This document shows, in pieces, positions 22,771 to 35,800 of a stretch of 64,000 bases of DNA. The position numbers were made by a program, and so were the translations under genes. The DNA is from Macrostomum hystrix. Taxonomy: Eukaryota > Animalia > Platyhelminthes. The stretch lies in assembly GCA_950097015.1 (NCBI GenBank), contig CATNEN010000009.1, positions 1,240,001-1,304,000 of the forward strand. Direction: 5' to 3'. Positions within the stretch are counted from its first letter, which is position 1, and each line of letters opens with the position of its first letter. Under the pieces are notes generated by a model. The model was given only the letters and a program-made list of their open reading frames with translations, was not told where the DNA came from and did no database searches.

Positions 22771-23096
22771 AAATAATTTATCATTTCTGATCATTTCAAT
22801 AATTATGTATCTCTTAGGGTCTGTAATTTTAAATCAAAAAGACGACAGTGATTGGCTCTGAACTTATGTAGTTGACCTCGGTTAATAACTTATGTATATA
22901 TTTGTAGTATAGTCTTTTGAAAATTCCAATTTAAGCGAGTGAAAACTGTCGGATTGGATTATAATAACAGGCTTTAATTGAAGAGTCAATAGTGAGCCAA
23001 ACTAGACTAAGTTAATTCTATTAGTATCTAGCTGCTACGTATTCTTCAGTTACTACTCATTAGTAATAGCATTAGCGGAGAGTCCAGGTGGGGAAT

Positions 23097-23573
23097 TTAT
23101 CCCATGGGACCGGACCACTCGCCAGTGTCCTTGTTTTCCTTGCCGTACTTCTGGTGCCAGCGCTCGATGTACTCCTTCTTGCGCTGCTCCCGCCGGGCAA
23201 AGTAGTCCGGGTACTGCGCCTTCTCAAGCGGATGCCAGCGGTCTAGCAGAGAGTCGGGAAAGTACTGCCAGCGGCTGAACCCGATGCCGCCGGGGTCGTT
23301 GGGCCAGCGGAACGGGTAGCGGGAGCGCTTGCTCGCCAGCTCTGCCCAGGCGGCTTCCAGTAGCTCCTTGGCGCGGATCGGGTCCTCGACGTTGCGAGTC
23401 TCCTCGAATCGCTGTCGCAGCAGGACAGCGTGGTAGCGATTATCCAGGCGCTCGTGGTGCTTGCTGCGCACCTCGTACAGGGCCGCCTTGTACAGCCGGC
23501 ACACTTTCTGCGCGTGCGACAGGTAAGTGGTGCGCAGGTAGGCCGGCAGGGGCGGCCCTGGAACCATTGGCAT
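23097..23573 (-). CDS. NDUFB9: NADH dehydrogenase 1 beta subcomplex subunit 9 (LYR family), intronless CDS
   Basis: HAQKVCRLYKAAL (LYR-like), LLRQRFEETRNVED, WHPLEKAQYPDYFARREQRKKEY. Confidence 0.93.
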   Translation of the reverse strand: MPMVPGPPLPAYLRTTYLSHAQKVCRLYKAALYEVRSKHHERLDNRYHAVLLRQRFEETRNVEDPIRAKELLEAAWAELASKRSRYPFRWPNDPGGIGFSRWQYFPDSLLDRWHPLEKAQYPDYFARREQRKKEYIERWHQKYGKENKDTGEWSGPMG

Positions 23574-23576
23574 CTT

Positions 23577-23622
<46 letters not shown>

Positions 23623-23814
23623 TTATTGAAGCTGACCCCTGATTATTAACGCTGGCAGCAATGCTACTGCCGCTGTCTGCTGTGGGTCATGAAATGGAAC
23701 TCAGAAGAATTGACAGTGGCCATCGGATGCTTATGCTAGTGCTTATAATCGCATTCGCAATGTACCTGAAACCCTAGATCCAACTGTTGATCTTAAATCT
23801 ATATGAAGATTTTC

Positions 23815-24410
23815 AATCTACCTGAAGATCATTAAGCTACCTGAAGATCTGAAATCCAACTGAAAATCTGAAATCTACCTCAAGATCATTAAGCACCTAA
23901 AGATCCTAAATATACCTGAAGATCCTAAATCTACCTGAAGATCCTAAATCTACCTGAAGATCCTAAATCTACTTCGGGATCATAAATCTAACTCGAGATC
24001 ATTAATCTACCTGAAGATCTTAAAGCTACCTGAAGATCATAAATCTACCTGAAGATCATAAATCTACCTGAAGATCATAAATCTACCTGAAGATCATAAA
24101 TCTACCTGAAGATCATTAATCTACCTGAAGATCATAAATCTACCTGAAGATCTGAAATCTACCTGAAGATCTGAAATCTACCTGAAAATCATAAATCTAC
24201 CTGAAGATCATAAATCTACCTGAAGATCATTAATCTACCTGAAGATTATAAATCTACCTGAAGATCATAAATCTACCTGAAGATCATTAATCTACCTGAA
24301 GATCATAAATCTACCTGAAGATCTTAAATCTACCTGAAGATCATAAATTTACCTGAAGATCTTGAATCTACCTGAAGATTTGAAATCTACCTGAAGATCT
24401 GAAATCTGAA
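23815..24410. repeat. 19-bp array (GAAGATCATAAATCTACCT)
   Basis: Visible periodicity. Confidence 0.94.
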
Positions 24411-25006
24411 TCTACTGGAAAATTCGTGATTTGCGAACGTACCTTATATCCCCCATCAACGTGAAATCCAAAATGTAACTCAAAATCGTAAATCTATCCG
24501 AAATTCTATTAGAAAATCTGGAACCCACCGAAAATGCTGAATTCGCCAGAAAGTCCCATATTTACCTGGAAGCGTTTAATTAACTAGAAAACATTTAAAT
24601 AAAACACAAGTCCTACAGGACAGAAGCAGTTTCTCAGTGAACAGTATAACGCTGACTCTGAATTTTCTGAAAGTAAAAGATCTCAAATAAAAGAAAGGCG
24701 TGGCGTGCTAAAGGCTTCATCGGTGCCTTCGACTCATTTAACATGTCAATCAAACTAGGCGCATTTATCGTTTAAAAAAGTAAGAAGAGCAGAAATAGCA
24801 AACATTATGGGACATAAAAGCATGTTGAGAACACGTACAGGGTTAATTTAGCTAACACAGCTACTACAAATCTACTATAATGCATGGGTCGAAACTTTAG
24901 AATACAATAAATAGGACAGCTCGTCCATCAGCTGTCAGCTGAAACTTTCAAGGCTAGCAGCCAGTTCAGTTAGATCCGATTTAATTTGACAGTTCAGGAT
25001 GTCGTA

Positions 25007-28000
25007 ATGAGGATCTGGGATTTCGGAGTCTCAAAATGAGGATCTGGGATTTCGGAGTCTCAAAATGAGGATCTGGGATTAAGGAGTCTCAAAATGAGGA
25101 TCTGGGATTTCGGAGTCTCAAAATGAGGATCTGGGATTAAGGAGTCTCAAAATGAGGATCTGGGATTAAGGAGTCTCAAAATAAGGATCTGGGATTAAGG
25201 AGTCTCAAAATGAGGATCTGGGATTAAGGAGTCTCAAAATAAGGATCTGGGATTAAGGAGTCTCAAAATGAGGATCTGGGATTAAGGAGTCTCAAAATGA
25301 GGATCTGTGATTAAGGAGGTTCAAAATGAGGATCTGGGATTAAGGAGTCTCAAAATGAGGATCTGGGATTAAGGAGTCTCAAAATGAGGATCTGGGATTA
25401 AGGAGTCTCAAAATGAGGATCTGGGATTAAGGAGGTTCAAAATGAGGATCTGGGATTAAGGAGTCTCAAAATGAGGATCTGGGATTAAGGAGTCTCAAAA
25501 TGAGGATCTGTGATTAAGGAGGTTCAAAATGAGGATCTGGGATTAAGGAGTCTCAAAATGAGGATCTGGGATTAAGGAGTCTCAAAATGAGGATTTGGGA
25601 TTAAGGAGTCTCAAAATGAGGATCTGGGATTAAGGAGTCTCAAAATGAGGATCTGGGATTAAGGAGTCTCAAAATGAGGATCTGGGATTAAGGAGTCTCA
25701 AAATGAGGATCTGGGACTTCGGAGTCTCAAAATGAGGATCTGGGATTAAGGAGTCTCAAAATGAGGATCTGGGATTAAGGAGTCTCAAAATGAGGATCTG
25801 GGATTTCGGAGTCTTAAAATGAGGATCTGGGATTAAGGAGTCTCAAAATGAGGATCTGTGATTAAGGAGGTTCAAAATGAGGATCTGGGATTTCGGAGTC
25901 TCAAAATGAGGATCTGGGATTAAGGAGTCTCAAAATGAGGATCTGGGATTAAGGAGTCTCAAAATGAGGTTCTGGGATTAAGGAGGTTCAAAATGAGGAT
26001 CTGGGATTAAGGAGTCTCAAAATGAGGATTTGGGATTAAGGAGTCTCAAAATGAGGATCTGGGATTAAGGAGTCTCAAAATGAGGATCTGGGATTAAGGA
26101 GTCTCAAAATGAGGATCTGGGATTAAGGAGGTTCAAAATGAGGATCTGGGATTAAGGAGTCTCAAAATGAGGATCTGGGATTAAGGAGTCTCAAAATGAG
26201 GATCTGTGATTAAGGAGGTTCAAAATGAGGATCTGGGATTAAGGAGTCTCAAAATGAGGATCTGGGATTAAGGAGTCTCAAAATGAGGATTTGGGATTAA
26301 GGAGTCTCAAAATGAGGATCTGGGATTAAGGAGTCTCAAAATGAGGATCTGGGATTAAGGAGTCTCAAAATGAGGATCTGGGATTAAGGAGTCTCAAAAT
26401 GAGGATCTGGGACTTCGGAGTCTCAAAATGAGGATCTGGGATTAAGGAGTCTCAAAATGAGGATCTGGGATTAAGGAGTCTCAAAATGAGGATCTGGGAT
26501 TAAGGAGTCTCAAAATGAGGATCTGGGATTAAGGAGTCTCAAAATGAGGATCTGGGATTAAGGAGTCTCAAAATGAGGATCTGGGATTAAGGAGGTTCAA
26601 AATGAGGATCTGGGATTAAGGAGTCTCAAAATGAGGATCTGGGATTAAGGAGTCTCAAAATGAGGTTCTGGGATTAAGGAGGTTCAAAATGAGGATCTGG
26701 GATTAAGGAGTCTCAAAATGAGGATCTGGGATTAAGGAGTCTCAAAATGAGGATCTGGGATTAAGGAGTCTCAAAATGAGGATCTGGGATTAAGGAGTCT
26801 CAAAATGAGGATCTGGGATTAAGGAGTCTCAAAATGAGGATCTGGGATTAAGGAGTCTCAAAATGAGGATCTGGGATTTCGGAGTCTCAAAATGAGGATC
26901 TGGGATTTCGGAGTCTCAAAATGAGGATCTGGGATTTCGGAGTCTCAAAATGAGGATCTGGGATTTCGGAGTCTCAAAATGAGGATCTGGGATTAAGGAG
27001 TCTCAAAATGAGGATCTGGGATTAAGGAGTCTCAAAATGAGGATCTGGGATTTCGGAGTCTCAAAATGAGGATCTGGGATTTCAGAGTCTCAAAACGAGG
27101 ATCTGAGATTAACGAGTCTCAAAATGAGGATCTGGGGTTAAGGAGTCTCAAAATGAGAATCTGGGATTAAGGAGGTTCAAAATGAGGATCTGGGATTTCG
27201 GAGTCTCAAAATGAGGATCTGAGATTAAGGAGTCTCAAAATGAGGATCTGGGGTTAAGGAGTCTCAAAATGAGGATCTGAGATTAAGGAGTCTCAAAATG
27301 AGAATCTGGGATTAAGGAGTCTCAAAATGAGGTTCTGGGATTAAGGAGTCTCAAAATGAGAATCTGGGATTAAGGAGTCTCAAAATGAGGTTCTGGGATT
27401 AAGGAGGTTCAAAATGAGGATCTGGGATTAAGGAGTCTCAAAATGAGGATCTGGGATTAAGGAGTCTCAAAATGAGGATCTGAGACTAAGGAGTCTCAAA
27501 ATGAGGATCTGAGATTAAGGAGTCTCAAAATGAGGATCTGGGATTAAGGAGTCTCAAAATGAGGATCTGTGATTAAGGAGGTTCAAAATGAGGATCTGGG
27601 ATTAAGGAGTCTCAAAATGAGGATCTGGGATTAAGGAGTCTCAAAATGAGGATTTGGGATTAAGGAGTCTCAAAATGAGGATCTGGGATTAAGGAGTCTC
27701 AAAATGAGGATCTGGGATTAAGGAGTCTCAAAATGAGGATCTGGGATTAAGGAGTCTCAAAATGAGGATCTGGGACTTCGGAGTCTCAAAATGAGGATCT
27801 GGAATTAAGGAGTCTCAAAATGAGGATCTGGGATTAAGGAGTCTCAAAATGAGGATCTGGGATTAAGGAGTCTTAAAATGAGGATCTGGGATTAAGGAGT
27901 CTCAAAATGAGGATCTGTGATTAAGGAGGTTCAAAATGAGGATCTGGGATTTCGGAGTCTCAAAATGAGGATCTGGGATTAAGGAGTCTCAAAATGAGGA

Positions 28001-31000
28001 TCTGGGATTAAGGAGTCTCAAAATGAGGTTCTGGGATTAAGGAGGTTCAAAATGAGGATCTGGGATTAAGGAGTCTCAAAATGAGGATCTGGGATTAAGG
28101 AGTCTCAAAATGAGGATCTGGGATTAAGGAGTCTCAAAATGAGGATCTGGGATTAAGGAGTCTCAAAATGAGGATCTGGGATTAAGGAGGTTCAAAATGA
28201 GGATCTGGGATTAAGGAGTCTCAAAATGAGGATCTGGGATTAAGGAGTCTCAAAATGAGGATCTGTGATTAAGGAGGTTCAAAATGAGGATCTGGGATTA
28301 AGGAGTCTCAAAATGAGGATCTGGGATTAAGGAGTCTCAAAATGAGGATTTGGGATTAAGGAGTCTCAAAATGAGGATCTGGGATTAAGGAGTCTCAAAA
28401 TGAGGATCTGGGATTAAGGAGTCTCAAAATGAGGATCTGGGATTAAGGAGTCTCAAAATGAGGATCTGGGACTTCGGAGTCTCAAAATGAGGATCTGGGA
28501 TTAAGGAGTCTCAAAATGAGGATCTGGGATTAAGGAGTCTCAAAATGAGGATCTGGGATTAAGGAGTCTTAAAATGAGGATCTGGGATTAAGGAGTCTCA
28601 AAATGAGGATCTGTGATTAAGGAGGTTCAAAATGAGGATCTGGGATTTCGGAGTCTCAAAATGAGGATCTGGGATTAAGGAGTCTCAAAATGAGGATCTG
28701 GGATTAAGGAGTCTCAAAATGAGGTTCTGGGATTAAGGAGGTTCAAAATGAGGATCTGGGATTAAGGAGTCTCAAAATGAGGATCTGGGATTAAGGAGTC
28801 TCAAAATGAGGATCTGGGATTAAGGAGTCTCAAAATGAGGATCTGGGATTAAGGAGTCTCAAAATGAGGATCTGGGATTAAGGAGTCTCAAAATGAGGAT
28901 CTGGGATTAAGGAGTCTCAAAATGAGGATCTGGGATTTCGGAGTCTCAAAATGAGGATCTGGGATTTCGGAGTCTCAAAATGAGGATCTGGGATTTCGGA
29001 GTCTCAAAATGAGGATCTGGGATTTCGGAGTCTCAAAATGAGGATCTGGGATTAAGGAGTCTCAAAATGAGGATCTGGGATTAAGGAGTCTCAAAATGAG
29101 GATCTGGGATTTCGGAGTCTCAAAATGAGGATCTGGGATTTCAGAGTCTCAAAACGAGGATCTGAGATTAACGAGTCTCAAAATGAGGATCTGGGGTTAA
29201 GGAGTCTCAAAATGAGAATCTGGGATTAAGGAGGTTCAAAATGAGGATCTGGGATTTCGGAGTCTCAAAATGAGGATCTGAGATTAAGGAGTCTCAAAAT
29301 GAGGATCTGGGGTTAAGGAGTCTCAAAATGAGGATCTGAGATTAAGGAGTCTCAAAATGAGAATCTGGGATTAAGGAGTCTCAAAATGAGGTTCTGGGAT
29401 TAAGGAGTCTCAAAATGAGAATCTGGGATTAAGGAGTCTCAAAATGAGGTTCTGGGATTAAGGAGGTTCAAAATGAGGATCTGGGATTAAGGAGTCTCAA
29501 AATGAGGATCTGGGATTAAGGAGTCTCAAAATGAGGATCTGAGACTAAGGAGTCTCAAAATGAGGATCTGAGATTAAGGAGTCTCAAAATGAGGATCTGG
29601 GATTTCGGAGTCTCAAAATGAGGATCTGGGATTAAGGAGTCTCAAAATGAGGATCTGGGATTAAGGAGTCTCAAAATGAGGATCTGGGATTTCGGAGTCT
29701 CAAAATGAGGATCTGGGATTTCAGAGTCTCAAAACGAGGATCTGAGATTAACGAGTCTCAAAATGAGGATCTGGGGTTAAGGAGTCTCAAAATGAGAATC
29801 TGGGGTTAAGGAGTCTCAAAATGAGGATCTGGGATTAAGGAGGTTCAAAATGAGGATCTGGAATTTCGGAGTCTCAAAATGAGGATCTGAGATTAAGGAG
29901 TCTCAAAATGAGGATCTGGGATTAAGGAGTCTCAAAATGAGGATCTGGGATTAAGGAGGTTAAAAATGAGGATCTGGGATTAAGGAGTCTCAAAATGAGG
30001 ATCTGGGATTAAGGAGGTTCAAAATGAGGATCTGGGATTTCGGAGTCTCAAAATGAGGATCTGGGATTAAGGAGTCTCAAAATGAGGATTTGGGATTAAG
30101 GAGTCTCAAAATGAGGATTTGGGATTAAGGAGTCTCAAAATGAGGATCTGGGATTAAGGAGTCTCAAAATGAGGATCTGGGATTAAGGAGTCTCAAAATG
30201 AGGATCTGGGATTAAGGAGTCTCAAAATGAGGATCTGGGATTTCAGAGTCTCAAAACGAGGATCTGAGATTAACGAGTCTCAAAATGAGGATCTGGGGTT
30301 AAGGAGTCTCAAAATGAGAATCTGGGATTAAGGAGGTTCAAAATGAGGATCTGGGATTTCGGAGTCTCAAAATGAGGATCTGAGATTAAGGAGTCTCAAA
30401 ATGAGGATCTGGGGTTAAGGAGTCTCAAAATGAGAATCTGGGATTAAGGAGTCTCAAAATGAGGATCTGGGATTTCGGAGTCTCAAAATGAGAATCTGGG
30501 GTTAAGGAGTCTCAAAATGAGGATCTGGGATTAAGGAGTCTCAAAATGAGGATCTGAGATTAAGGAGTCTCAAAATGAGGATCTGGGGTTAAGGAGTCTC
30601 AAAATGAGAATCTGGGATTAAGGAGGTTCAAAATGAGGATCTGGAATTTCGGAGTCTCAAAATGAGGATCTGAGATTAAGGAGTCTCAAAATGAGGATCT
30701 GGAATTTCGGAGTCTCAAAATGAGGATCTGAGATTAAGGAGTCTCAAAATGAGGATCTGGGATTAAGGAGTCTCAAAATGAGGATCTGGGATTAAGGAGG
30801 TTAAAAATGAGGATCTGGGATTAAGGAGTCTCAAAATGAGGATCTGGGATTAAGGAGGTTCAAAATGAGGATCTGGGATTTCGGAGTCTCAAAATGAGGA
30901 TCTGGGATTAAGGAGTCTCAAAATGAGGATTTGGGATTAAGGAGTCTCAAAATGAGGATTTGGGATTAAGGAGTCTCAAAATGAGGATCTGGGATTAAGG

Positions 31001-31010
31001 AGTCTCAAAA
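25007..31010. repeat. ~6-kb satellite of 29-bp unit (GGATTAAGGAGTCTCAAAATGAGGATCTG), ~200 copies
   Basis: Uninterrupted 29-bp periodicity with recurring variants. Confidence 0.99.
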
Positions 31011-31135
31011 TCCTAAATGTAAATCCTAAATCCTAAATGAGGATCTGGAATTATGGAGTTAGGATCTAGAATTAGGGCAGTCCTGAAAGAGGATCTTCGA
31101 CCAACTTAAGAATCGCAGGAGGGCAGGCAATGGGA

Positions 31136-32135
31136 TCAGCCGTCGTCGCCTTCAGGCCGAGCCGGCTCTTCCTCATCGTCGGAGTCCCGCCGAGCGCGCA
31201 GCACCGCCTGGAACTCATTGTAGTGCATCTTCCGCTTCAGCCGAAACTGCCGGCGCCGCTCCCGCTCGGCCTGGTCCAGCAGCTCGTCCTCGGCGTCCAG
31301 GTCGTGGGTATCGGCCGAGCCTGCCAGAAGATGCGTCGACGAAGATGGCGAGACGGCAGCGGCGGTGGCTGCGGCGGAGCCGGTGGCGCCCTGTTCGGCC
31401 GCGGCGGCTTCCTCGAGACGCACCAATAGGGCGTCGGGCGAGACGGCGTCGCCGAAGCTGGTGCGCCGACGCTGCGACTGCGCCGGCTGCTGGGCGTCAA
31501 CGGATCCGCCTCTGGAGTCGCCGTCGCCCTCGTCCCCGCTGGCAGCGGAGGCGGCGTCGCTGGACAGAGCCGGTTCGTAGGGCGTAGGAGCTTCGTCAAC
31601 CTGGCAGATGGAAACAGGCGGGGCTGAGTGGCAGAGTGCGTCTGCCTCTCGAACCAAGGTTGGGGCGCAGCCGCGGAGAGAAGGCTTGGTGGCTTGCCGT
31701 GCAATTTATACGCCCTGGAGGGCCAAGCGCCAAGGCACAGTGAAAGTGTACACTGTCTGACGATGAGAAAGTCGTGGCAGATGTACACACCTGTGCGCGT
31801 GTTTGCTCAGGAGCCAGCGAAACTGGCAGAATTGCCTCCCCGCTGGCTGTGGGTCAAGTGTTACCAGTTAGGCTGACAAGCAATCAGTGTCTCACCTTCA
31901 TATGGCCATAGTCCTTATCGGCTGGGTGATAGGTCTCTAGTATGTTCATCTCGTCCCATTGAAACTCCTTCCTGTCAGAATCTTCTGAACCAGCCGGGAC
32001 AACTATGGCTACCGCCGGGGCGCCAGCAGACAGAGGGCCGGCTTTGCTGTCGCCATGCTCGTCAAGGCTGACAGACTTGTGCTTCAGAATGCTCTTCTTT
32101 GGCCGGGCATCTAAAGGCGGCGGACTGTTAGACAT
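31136..32135 (-). CDS. PPP1R2: Protein phosphatase 1 inhibitor-2; exons 32135-31896 and 31600-31136
   Basis: [28 protein letters not shown]|[20 protein letters not shown]; phase-0 GT-AG intron. Confidence 0.93.
31622..31870 (+). repeat. Interspersed hairpin-repeat family, long copy filling most of the PPP1R2 intron
   Basis: Aligns by eye over ~250 bp with 46638-46900 (TGAGTGGCAG, TTGGGGCGCAGCCGCGGA, AAGGCTTGG, GAGGGCCAA, CCAAGGCAC, GAGAAAGTC, GGCAGAATTGCCTCC). Confidence 0.8.
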
Positions 32136-32609
32136 GTCCTGGCTGCAGTTTTATAGCACAGGTTCGACTTTGCAATATTTTATAAATTAAGTAAAATTGT
32201 AATATTTAGAATTGTAGATGGAATAGAAATAAGGAATAAGACGCATATACTTTTCAGTGTGTGACATGGACACAGCTTTTGCATGTGCTTTAAAAGGTTA
32301 TGTAACGTCGTGTACACCTCTTTAGTCTGCAGACTATGAGACTACACAACCCAAACAAGACAATGTACGCATGTAGTTGGAATTCAAGCATTTCAGAGAT
32401 ACTGTTAATAACTTGTTTTCATATGCCGCAAATTCATTTTCGACCAGCAATATTTAAAAGTTTGTTCAAATTTCAAGCTTGTAACCTGCACCTTATGGTC
32501 ACCTTAACACATGCCCCAATCTCAGCATAAGTCTCAATAGTCTCACAATTCTTATCATGCCAGGCATTAAATAGCAAACCTAACAGGACTACCTGTTAAT
32601 GAGCCTTAA

Positions 32610-32879
32610 GGGGTGTTATAACCTGTTCATTTACAAATTAGACAACAGCTTATCGCTGTCAAAGCTTTGTGAGCTGTACCCGAAGCATTTTGTGCCTTTA
32701 GGCAGGACATCTGCATATTTGTGCTGTTGTTGCCTAATTACCTAGGGGTGTATAACCTGTTCATTTGCAAATTAGACAACAGCTTATCACTGTCAAAGCT
32801 TTGTGAGCTGTACCCGAAGCATATTGTGCCTTTAGGCAAGACATCTGCATATTTGTGCTGTTGTTGCCTAATTACCTAG
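32610..32879. repeat. Two-copy tandem duplication, ~135 bp
   Basis: 32610-32744 and 32745-32879 nearly identical. Confidence 0.92.
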
Positions 32880-35800
32880 TATTGGCCACAATGTTCTAGA
32901 TGATGGGGTCACCAGCTGCTTCTAGAAGAGCAACAAGCAGTTGCAAAATATGGAGCAAGATACCCGAGCATTACTGCCCAAATTTGTTGTCCACAAGAGG
33001 ACCAGAGTGCACTAGTCGGCCCATTTTTGCAATAAGAAGGCTGCTCATGCTGAAGATAAGCAAAGTATCCATTCAACATCAGCAGAAACTATACCTTCAC
33101 ATGCATCTGCATGCTAGTGCCAAAACCAGATCTTATGATATTCACTGTTGTTGTCTATTGAAAGCTGTGCTCAATTATGTTGGTCATGGTGAGCATACAA
33201 GCATACAAAGTCAACAGTTTAGGTGCTTCTGCTCTACTTACTTTGGGTAACATGATAGTTTACTCATTTTAAAACCTTTGTAACACATCTTGTCACAAAA
33301 AACAATTACACTCTAAACTTTACACAAACTTTAGAAATAATTAGAAATCTTTGTTTTTTCTAAAAATGTGTACCATACACAATAAATTATTTGTTTATAA
33401 AAATACTTCATTAAATAGGTAGCTATAATAAGCAAATCTACAAAGCAGGATACTTAGATTTTTTGAGTGATTTTAAGCTACTAAAAGACTACAGTACCTG
33501 GCTACTCCTATACTCAATGGGCTAACTTTATAAACTCAGCTAGTAATGTGCAATTATAGATAGCTTTAGTAATAATTTTCTAAAACAAAAAATTATCAAC
33601 TACCAATGCTATTGGCATATTATGATAGGTCTAATAGGCTAATATCATATATGACACAGTTAAAGCCCAATTTGTTTCGAACAAATTTGCAAAAAAAATT
33701 GGTAGAGACTTTTATTCACATTAGAAGCAATTGAAAAATGGGTAAAATATATAACAAAAGCATTATTTTTTAGTTATAATGCTTTACCCTTATGCAGTGC
33801 AGCTATGGCAACACTTCTGTTTATTTTATTTTTTACTTTACTAACAAGAGTCAATGTGTGGTTGGGCTGGCTGGCTAACCCAGTATAGTAGAGCACCAAA
33901 CATGTCACTTTCTATATAACCTACACTAGAGAAATTGCTCTAGCTGGTAGTGGTAAGCAGTCTTAAATATATGCCTGAGATTATACATTAGGCTTAGTTA
34001 AGTCATAATAATTGTTTATGCATAAAGCAATGAGGCAGGAAATTATTTTATAGTATATCCAAAAGCATATTTATGAAAAACAATAAAAAGGGGTTTATAG
34101 TTGTTTTGATGCACCAAATATTTTGTTTGTATGTACTCAGCTTTTGTATACAAAATATATTTGTTATTTATGTTAGCTCAAATTAAAATATGTTATTTTT
34201 ACTAGTAAAATTTTGCTCTACTTGCACCTTTAGCCTTGGTTTTTTGACTGTGTTTTAGCTGTCTTGGTTTGCAAATAACTGTCTTTGTCAGCTGAATAAG
34301 CTGATGGTATGCTCTTGGGGGGTGGACTATGAACCAATAGGCCCAGCAGTACTGACAATTGGCATATTTCACAATGAAGTTAAACACTAATGATTATGAG
34401 ACATTGGTGTTGTTCCTTAGCCTGCCAAGCAGCCAGCTCTAAAAGCAATCGTAGTCTTTCAACACAATGATGCAATCCCAGCAGAAAATTGGTGGGCAGC
34501 TGAACAACACGCTGCAGCTGCAATCAAAGCATTCTAAATGGAGCCCATAGTAGGTACTAGTGCAAGCAATCGGCTTCTAGTGCTAGCAAAAAAGCTGTAC
34601 TAGACCAATGGCTCATGGCAGCATTGGGGTCCATTTGTGAGGACTCTAAGGCCAGGACCACCCAAAAGTATCACACCAACAAGATTGATGACCAATGTTG
34701 CACACTGGGGGCCGAGTGTCTGTTTGTTAGAGTTGATAAGTCCCTGGCAATGACCAATAACAATTGACCAAAACAACAAAAAATCACTCTTTTGTGAATG
34801 TTGCTTTGAGCTACCTTTAATTATTTCCATAGTCTGGATCATGCTGGGTGCATACCAGAAGTAGAAATAAATTTTTTTTGCATGCTGACAGCAAGTGGAT
34901 GCACACCACAAAACTTCTACTGCACACCAAAAATACACATGCTAAATTTATGTAAACCCCATTTAGAGATTGATTCTAATTTTGATTCGGGTTTCATTTT
35001 TTATTTTGCTAAAACCCTTCCCAAATAAGATCGATACCTATACATATCTATATATATACATCAATACCTAACCATATTCATATGTATATCCATATATATC
35101 TAAATGCTTGTACCTAAACCTATACCTACAGACCTATTCCTAAAGCAATTTGTTCAAATTTGAAAATGAAAAAATGTATTACAACAAAGCAAATATTGAA
35201 AAGACAAAGTGCAAAAGAAAGAAATGTGTATATAAAAAATTTACAATAACTTTTTACAGTTTGTAAAAACATTAAAAGCAATAGTAAAAAAAGCAAAATT
35301 TCAAATTAAAATTATACAGATAATTCAAACATGAACACGAAATGTTGCGTAATCCATAATGTTCTTTCACACCACCACTACACAGGCACACTATGCCATG
35401 CAGAGCCCCTACTATTACGCACCAATTTTTCTGTTTGCATGCCACTGCACGCCAAAATTGAAGATGCACGCAAGAAAATTCTGGCATGCACTACATGATC
35501 TGGACTATGGAATTATTTTGATGATGTAGGCAGGCTATGGATAAACAATGTTAATTTATACCCTTTAAAATTAATCATTGCTAAAATATTTTTTGCATTG
35601 CATAACAGCTAAAACATATTATAAAAATCATTTTATATTTATGTAAATATAAAATTTACATAAGGAATATTTATGACCTGTTTTTTAGTGTTAAGCCTTC
35701 AATAGGCAATAATTACTACACTTACATGAGTGAAATTCCTATTCATTATAGTTTGTATTGCCAACAGACAGATTCAATCCACAGATACTAAATTTACCTA

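Noticed and set aside
25007-31010. CRISPR-like periodicity in the 29-bp and other arrays
   Set aside because: Units are head-to-tail with no unique spacers, no cas genes, and the context is spliceosomal eukaryotic
31756-31790. Hammerhead ribozyme (CTGACGA...GAAA) in the interspersed repeat
   Set aside because: Only 3 nt separate the two core motifs (no stem II), and CTGAC pairs with GTCAG as a simple hairpin instead
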